DNA from: Candidatus Moraniibacteriota bacterium
Lineage (GTDB): Bacteria; Patescibacteriota; Minisyncoccia; Moranbacterales; UBA2206
Assembly (NCBI GenBank): GCA_026396175.1
Contig: JAPLXG010000006.1
Coordinates: 76,492-140,491, forward strand
Direction of reading: 5' to 3'
DNA length: 64,000 bases
Shown: one piece after another, positions 59,005 to 64,000 of the stretch
Position numbering within the stretch: position 1 is the stretch's first letter
Layout: every line of letters starts with the position of its first letter
The notes under the pieces: generated by a model
The model's input: only the letters and a program-made list of their open reading frames with translations
The model's database searches: none
What the model was told of the DNA's origin: nothing
Translations under genes and position numbers: made by a program

Positions 59005-59095
59005 GCATCAGAAAGCGCGCTACGAACGCGCCCATCCGAATAAGAAATTTCGTGGATTCGTATTTAATTCGTAGTTTCGTATCGGTATAAATTAT

Positions 59096-59401
59096 ATGAA
59101 GATTAAGAAAAACGATTTAGTTAAAATGCTCGCAGGAAAAGACAGTGGAAAAACTGGAAAGGTTTTGCGTGTTTTCCCGACTGAGAAAAAAGTGGTTGTC
59201 GATGGACTGAATATGCTGAAAAAACATAATAAACCAAAAAGAGAGGGCGAAAAAGGTCAAAGAGTGGAAATCCCAAGAATGGTTGATATTTCCAATACGA
59301 TGCTTGTTTGTCCAAAATGTGGAAAAGCGGCTCGGATCGGCTATAAGACAGAAGGCGATAAGAAAATTCGCGTGTGCAAGAAATGCAAAGCGGAAGTATA
59401 A
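59096..59401 (+). CDS. rplX: 50S ribosomal protein L24
   Basis: AGKDSGKTGKV KOW motif. Confidence 0.96.
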   Translation: MKIKKNDLVKMLAGKDSGKTGKVLRVFPTEKKVVVDGLNMLKKHNKPKREGEKGQRVEIPRMVDISNTMLVCPKCGKAARIGYKTEGDKKIRVCKKCKAEV

Positions 59402-59427
59402 ATTTGGATTTAATTTTAAAGATGAAT

Positions 59428-59970
59428 ATGTCAAAAATTTACGAAAAATATAAGACCGAAGTAGCAGCTGAGATGAAGAAAAGTCTCAAGCTGAAAAATG
59501 ATTTGCAAGTGCCAAAGATTGAAAAGGTAGTTGTAAACGTTGGAATCGGAAAATTTATCAAAGACTCTGCGCTCGTTGCTGATATTTTCAATTCTCTAAA
59601 AGCGATTACTGGGCAAAAACCGGTGATGACAAAAGCCAAGCAATCGATTGCCGGATTCAAAACGCGAGAAGGATTGGAAATTGGAATTAAGGTGACACTG
59701 CGTGGAAAACGAAAATGGGATTTCTTGGAAAAATTAGTCGGCGCTTCAATTCCGCGCATTAGAGACTTTCATGGAATCAAGGTTGGTGCAGTTGATAAGG
59801 GCGGAAATCTGAACCTTGGAATTAAAGAGCATTTGATTTTCCCGGAGATTCTGCCAGAACAAGTCAAAACCATTTTTGGAATGCAGGTAAATGTTGTGAC
59901 GAATGCTAAAAACCAAGAAGAAGGAATGATGCTATTTCGATTGATGGGATTTCCTATTGAAAAAAAGTAG
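59428..59970 (+). CDS. rplE: 50S ribosomal protein L5
   Basis: VPKIEKVVVNVG, ITGQKP, PRIRDF. Confidence 0.97.
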   Translation: MSKIYEKYKTEVAAEMKKSLKLKNDLQVPKIEKVVVNVGIGKFIKDSALVADIFNSLKAITGQKPVMTKAKQSIAGFKTREGLEIGIKVTLRGKRKWDFLEKLVGASIPRIRDFHGIKVGAVDKGGNLNLGIKEHLIFPEILPEQVKTIFGMQVNVVTNAKNQEEGMMLFRLMGFPIEKK

Positions 59971-60076
59971 TTATTCGCTTCGCGAACCCGTACTACCTGC
60001 CTACCGGCAGGCAGGCGAAAACGGGACATACGAATGATAAAGTTTAAGTAATATAAATAATTTAAGTAAGAGTAAA

Positions 60077-60262
60077 ATGGCTAAATTATCAGTTGAAGTT
60101 AGAGCAAAAAAGAAACCGAAGTTTTCCACCCGAATCGTGCGACGTTGTTGGAAGTGTGGGAGAAAACATGGGTATATGCGCAAATTCGATCTCTGCCGCA
60201 TCTGTTTTCGCGAGCTTGCCAGCACCGGACAATTGCCGGGTGTGAAGCGGTCAAGTTGGTAG
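60077..60262 (+). CDS. rpsN: 30S ribosomal protein S14, Zn-binding type
   Basis: [17 protein letters not shown]. Confidence 0.96.
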   Translation: MAKLSVEVRAKKKPKFSTRIVRRCWKCGRKHGYMRKFDLCRICFRELASTGQLPGVKRSSW

Positions 60263-60329
60263 AAATTTTTTGCCAGATTAATTTAGAAATATTTAGATAG
60301 TTTGATTTAAATTTTGAATTTTAAAGAGT

Positions 60330-60734
60330 ATGTTGGATCCAATCTCAGAAATGTTAACCAAAATTAGGAACGCTCAAATGGCAGGTCACAAGACTGTTAC
60401 GATTGGCGCTTCTAAATTAAAAATGGCTCTGGCTAAGATTCTGGAAAAAGAAGGTTTCGTTGACGGAGTTGTGAAAGAAAAGCAGAACGATTTTGACGTG
60501 ATAAAAATTACTTTGAAATACTATACCATTTCCAATACGAATAAAACTCCAGCCATCAAGGGCATCCGTAGAATCAGCAAAGAAGGACAAAGAATCTATG
60601 TCAAAAGCAAAGATGTGCGCAGTGTTAAGAATAACTATGGCGTGGCGCTTATTTCTACTTCCAAGGGTGTGATGACTGATCATGACGCAAAAAAAACCGG
60701 ACTGGGTGGAGAATATATTTGTGAAGTATGGTAA
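60330..60734 (+). CDS. rpsH: 30S ribosomal protein S8
   Basis: DPISEMLTKIRNA, ISTSKGVM, GGEYICEVW. Confidence 0.97.
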   Translation: MLDPISEMLTKIRNAQMAGHKTVTIGASKLKMALAKILEKEGFVDGVVKEKQNDFDVIKITLKYYTISNTNKTPAIKGIRRISKEGQRIYVKSKDVRSVKNNYGVALISTSKGVMTDHDAKKTGLGGEYICEVW

Positions 60735-60761
60735 TTTGTAATAAGAGAGAAGATTAAACCT

Positions 60762-61304
60762 ATGAGTAAAATCGGAAAAAAATTAATTGCTATTCCTGCT
60801 GGCGTTACAGTGACGCTAGAAGGCGAAGTTTTGAAAGCCAAAGGCCCCAAGGGAGAGCTAAATCTTAACGTTCATCCGGAAGCAAAGGTGGAAATTACTG
60901 ATGGACAAATTGTGGTTAAAAAAGCCAAAGAAGACGGTGGCTCAAATGCAATTTGGGGGCTGACGAGATCACTCGTCAATAATATTATCATTGGCGTGAG
61001 TACTGGCTATGAAAAGAAATTGGAACTGCAAGGCGTTGGTTTCCGTATGGCAATTCAAGGCAAAAAGATTGTGATGGCGCTCGGATTTTCTCATCCAGTG
61101 GAAGTGGAAATTCCTGACGGAATTGTGGCAAAGCTGGAAGACAATGGAGGACTGCTTATCAGTGGAATCGACAAACAAGCTGTGGGACAATTTGCCGCTA
61201 ACATCAAGGATCTCAAAAAAGTTGAGCCCTATAAAGGCAAGGGTTTCCGTTATGCCGGCGAGAAAGTAAGACGAAAAGCGGGAAAGAAGGCGGGGACCAA
61301 GTAG
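60762..61304 (+). CDS. rplF: 50S ribosomal protein L6
   Basis: MSKIGK, LGFSHPV, EPYKGKG. Confidence 0.97.
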   Translation: MSKIGKKLIAIPAGVTVTLEGEVLKAKGPKGELNLNVHPEAKVEITDGQIVVKKAKEDGGSNAIWGLTRSLVNNIIIGVSTGYEKKLELQGVGFRMAIQGKKIVMALGFSHPVEVEIPDGIVAKLEDNGGLLISGIDKQAVGQFAANIKDLKKVEPYKGKGFRYAGEKVRRKAGKKAGTK

Positions 61305-61372
61305 AACCCCGCAAAATTGCTTCGCAATCGCGGGGCAAGCCTTGATTAGTATGATTATATAATGATAAATTT

Positions 61373-61720
61373 ATGAATACGATTAGCCAAAATAAATTAA
61401 GACTGCACCGCAAAAGACGTGTGCGCGCAAAAATTTCTGGCTCTGCCAGCGTGCCACGACTGAATGTTTTTCGTAGTTTGCTTTCGATGAAAGCGCAGGT
61501 GATTGATGACATCGTAGGGAAGACAATTGTGGCGGCTGATACGAAAGCGGCAAAAGTGAAGAATGATGTGGCTGGCGCAAAGGCTGTCGGAGTGCTTATT
61601 GCTAAAAAATGCGCCGAGCAAAAAATTACAAAAGTGGTTTTTGACCGAGCAGGATATCGCTATCATGGAAAGGTGAAGGCTTTAGCGGAAGGAGCGAGAG
61701 AAGGTGGGTTGGTGTTCTAA
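61373..61720 (+). CDS. rplR: 50S ribosomal protein L18
   Basis: VVFDRAGYRYHGKVKALAEGAREGGL. Confidence 0.97.
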   Translation: MNTISQNKLRLHRKRRVRAKISGSASVPRLNVFRSLLSMKAQVIDDIVGKTIVAADTKAAKVKNDVAGAKAVGVLIAKKCAEQKITKVVFDRAGYRYHGKVKALAEGAREGGLVF

Positions 61721-61727
61721 GTGGAGG

Positions 61728-61862
61728 CTTTACGAATTACGAATCGAGTACGAATATACTAATATGAATTAAATTTAGATTTTCATTAAACTAGAGTTTC
61801 TGCATTTTATTCGTATATTAGTATTCGATTCGTAATTAGTAAAGACTGCGTAATTCGTAAAG
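61728..61862. repeat. Gene-less TACGAA inverted-repeat element between rplR and rpsE
   Basis: CTTTACGAATTACGAATCGAGTACGAATATAC versus GTATATTAGTATTCGATTCGTAATTAGTAAAG. Confidence 0.8.
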
Positions 61863-61886
61863 AAATAATTCATAGTTTGTAACAAT

Positions 61887-62387
61887 ATGGCTAAAGGCGA
61901 CCGACGATTTAAGGGAAAAAAAGAAAAGCCGGAGTTTGAACAAAAACTGCTGGACTTGGCTCGTGTTACCCGCGTGGTGAAAGGCGGACGGCGTTTTCGT
62001 TTTCGCGCAACACTGGTGATCGGGAACCGCAAGGGCAAGGTTGGTGTGGGTGTCGGCAAGGGATCTGATGTGACGGATGCCATTGGCAAAGCTTTTGATG
62101 ATGCGAAGAAAAATATGATTACAGTGGCCATTAAAAATAACACAATTGCACACGCCGTGGAGCACAAAAAGGGTAGCGCAAAAGTTATTTTGAAACCAGC
62201 CAAAGAAGGACGAAGTATCGTGGCTGGTGGAGCAGTGCGCGCCGTGGTTGATTTTGCCGGAATTCGCGATATTGTTTCAAAATCTTTGGGAACAGCCAAT
62301 AAGCTGAACGTGGCGAGAGCGACAGTAGAAGCCTTAGGAATGCTTAGTGCGTCAAAGACAAGAAAAGAGAGAATTGCGAAAGTCTAA
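61887..62387 (+). CDS. rpsE: 30S ribosomal protein S5
   Basis: RVTRVVKGGRRFRF. Confidence 0.97.
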   Translation: MAKGDRRFKGKKEKPEFEQKLLDLARVTRVVKGGRRFRFRATLVIGNRKGKVGVGVGKGSDVTDAIGKAFDDAKKNMITVAIKNNTIAHAVEHKKGSAKVILKPAKEGRSIVAGGAVRAVVDFAGIRDIVSKSLGTANKLNVARATVEALGMLSASKTRKERIAKV

Positions 62388-62390
62388 GTC

Positions 62391-62512
62391 TGTCATCCTC
62401 GCGGATGCGGTGATCCAGTGGAAAGATTCTATTAAAAAGGTTAATCTAAATAGTAAGCCAATCTAGTTAAAGTTCATTTTTACACTAGATTCCCGCCTAC
62501 GCGGGAATGACA
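62391..62512. repeat. GTCAT...ATTCCCGCCTACGCGGGAATGAC element
   Basis: Terminal TGTCAT/ATGACA inverted repeat; solo right arm at 63830-63857. Confidence 0.8.
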
Positions 62513-62532
62513 AGGGATATTATTACAATTTT

Positions 62533-62997
62533 ATGTTAAGACAAGACTTACAAATGAGCCAGCCGAGGAAGAAGAAAAAGAATCTCGGACGCGGAGGCAA
62601 AAAGGGAACTTATTCCGGCAAGGGAAATAAAGGACAAAAAGCGCGTTCTGGTGCGCATGTTGATCCTTTGTTTGAAGGTGGACGCTCAACGCTCATCGAC
62701 CACATGAAGAAAAAGCGTGGATTCACTTCGCGAACAAAAAAACGCAGCATCGTGCAGATTGCCGACATTGAGAAAAATTTTGAAAATGGTGCTATAATCA
62801 GCGTAGAGTCTTTGGTGAATATGAAACTCGTCGCGCGAAAAAATATTCCTCTCGGAATCAAAGTGCTTGGTAATGCAAAACTGACCAAAAAATTTATCTT
62901 TGAAAAAGAAGTCTTTATCAGCGAAACAGTCAAGAAAGCGGTTGTGGCTGCGGGTGGTGAAATGAAGGTTGCGGAAAAAGTTGAGGAAAAGGCGTAG
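62533..62997 (+). CDS. rplO: 50S ribosomal protein L15
   Basis: GRGGKKGTYSGKGNKGQKARSG, FEGG. Confidence 0.96.
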   Translation: MLRQDLQMSQPRKKKKNLGRGGKKGTYSGKGNKGQKARSGAHVDPLFEGGRSTLIDHMKKKRGFTSRTKKRSIVQIADIEKNFENGAIISVESLVNMKLVARKNIPLGIKVLGNAKLTKKFIFEKEVFISETVKKAVVAAGGEMKVAEKVEEKA

Positions 62998-63008
62998 ACT
63001 ATTTTCAG

Positions 63009-63136
63009 CGTCGGTTCAGTGTCTCCCGACCTGAACCATTCAGTTCTTGTCCAGACTCTGGGTGATTATAAAGCTTACCAATTTAAAGTTAGCTGATTAG
63101 AAATAAAAGGTTCAATTCGGGAGAATTGAACCGACG
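63009..63136. repeat. GTCGGTTCA REP doublet (insert-free relative of 42507-42670)
   Basis: GGTTCAG..CTGAACC and GGTTCAATTC..GAATTGAACC hairpins. Confidence 0.85.
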
Positions 63137-63255
63137 AGAGTTTGTAAAATATAACGAAACGGGTTGTAAACCCGTTCCTGCAGAGGCAGGTTTTTCTTTA
63201 AAAATTCAAGTATAAAAAATTAGAATTGGGCGAATTAAATTGGTGAAAAAAGGAG

Positions 63256-63447
63256 GTGATATCATTGGACATCAGCATCGTTGCAGAAAAGGAAAAGAGG
63301 ATAGAAATTTTTTTTGAATCAGAAGAAGATCTGAGTTCATTTTTAGGACAAATGGGGCCTGTTCTAAGCATAACTCCAACAAAGGGAAAATCAATTCTCC
63401 GTGATAAGCTTGTTCCTTCGTTAACTTTTTATATCGAGAGGAGATGA
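63256..63447 (+). CDS. Small orphan protein (start possibly TTG 63265)
   Basis: AAAGGAGGTGA SD directly upstream. Confidence 0.5.
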   Translation: MISLDISIVAEKEKRIEIFFESEEDLSSFLGQMGPVLSITPTKGKSILRDKLVPSLTFYIERR

Positions 63448-63507
63448 TGCCTAACTCCTTGTATCTGGCTGGGATAAAAAATTAGAATTGGGCGAAAAGG
63501 AGGGCGT

Positions 63508-63735
63508 ATGAATTTATCGGAGATAAAAGAAAAAATCGAAGCCGTTGATATCGCTTTGCTTTTATTAGCGGGAGTGACAAAAAGGGAGAATTTTTTTGTG
63601 GGAGTGGCAGTGGTAGGTGTTATTGAAAATGATATAGCTCCTGCGATTAAACAGCTCAGAGGATATCGGGAGTATCTCGAACAGGCGAGGGAAACTTTGC
63701 GGGAGGAGGAGAGGCTGAAGCAGTCGAGGGAATGA
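63508..63735 (+). CDS. Small orphan protein
   Basis: AAGGAGG SD 5 nt before the ATG. Confidence 0.55.
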   Translation: MNLSEIKEKIEAVDIALLLLAGVTKRENFFVGVAVVGVIENDIAPAIKQLRGYREYLEQARETLREEERLKQSRE

Positions 63736-63866
63736 GAATTGCTCTTTAAACTTTATTCGAGGGAATGCCCAATCCCTCGAACCCAATTCTAATTTTTTAT
63801 AAAGTTTTCCTGCAAAAATAGATTAAAGACTGGATTCCCGCCTGCGCGGGAATGACACAAAAAACT

Positions 63867-64000
63867 ATGCTAGCAAAAATCACTCAAATCTTTCGGATTA
63901 AAGAACTAAGGAACAAGATATTTTTTATCTTGGCGCTTTTGGTTGTGTTTCGCTTGGTGGCCAATATTCCAATTCCGGGCGTCGATCAGGACAGACTCAA
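63867..64000 (+). CDS. secY: Preprotein translocase SecY (partial, 5' end)
   Basis: IFRIKELRNKIFFILALLVVFRLVANIPIPGVD; downstream of rplO. Confidence 0.93.
   Translation, partial: MLAKITQIFRIKELRNKIFFILALLVVFRLVANIPIPGVDQDRL

Larger units (their letters stand above)
55608..59095 (+). repeat. Seven ~90-110-bp direct repeats, one per gene junction
   Basis: Copies at 55608-55717, 56060-56150, 56727-56820, 57472-57560, 57975-58086, 58552-58638 and 59005-59095. Confidence 0.95.
63211..63801. mobile_element. Two-ORF cassette bounded by a perfect 20-bp inverted repeat
   Basis: TATAAAAAATTAGAATTGGG at 63211-63230, inverted at 63782-63801, direct copy at 63474-63496. Confidence 0.65.

Noticed and set aside
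55608-59095. CRISPR array or integron attC array
   Set aside because: The repeats are ~90 bp and the intervening sequences are essential r-protein genes in canonical order. There is no cas or integrase gene in the window and no RYYYAAC/GTTRRRY attC ends.

Overview
This is a core chromosomal segment of what looks like a CPR/Patescibacteria (Parcubacteria-like) bacterium. That assignment is inferred from the absence of rpmD/L30 between rpsE and rplO, a VirB2/TrbC-like pilin, a minimal TsaB-like protein and mostly SD-less core genes. The window carries nusA, ppa, tig, clpP, gpmI, rny, hup, tRNA-Pro and tRNA-Gly, recQ, an RND efflux pair, an amidase, rpoB-rpoC, ftsK, rodZ-like, recA, an adk-like gene, rpmB, a site-2 protease, a split str operon and the S10-spc r-protein cluster up to the start of secY, with small orphan genes interspersed. 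The striking signal is non-coding: most intergenic gaps hold short palindromic or inverted-repeat elements from roughly 10 families, often nested in each other. (1) A GxxExxY (PD-(D/E)xK-type) nuclease gene sits between rpsG and fusA inside a perfect 33-bp TACGAA-periodic inverted repeat, and gene-less relatives of those arms occur at many stop/start junctions. (2) A ~90-bp repeat fills seven gene junctions of the S10/spc operon. (3) A 20-bp palindrome, CCTGCCTACCGGCAGGCAGG, occurs six times, with filled and empty sites visible and no target duplication. (4) ~30-bp CTT...GGG elements sit in the 5' ends of both tRNA genes and regenerate them. (5) A nested palindrome lies in-frame inside nusA. 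(6) A two-ORF inverted-repeat cassette lies between rplO and secY. All calls were made by eye, with no database searches, and repeat boundaries may be off by a few nt.
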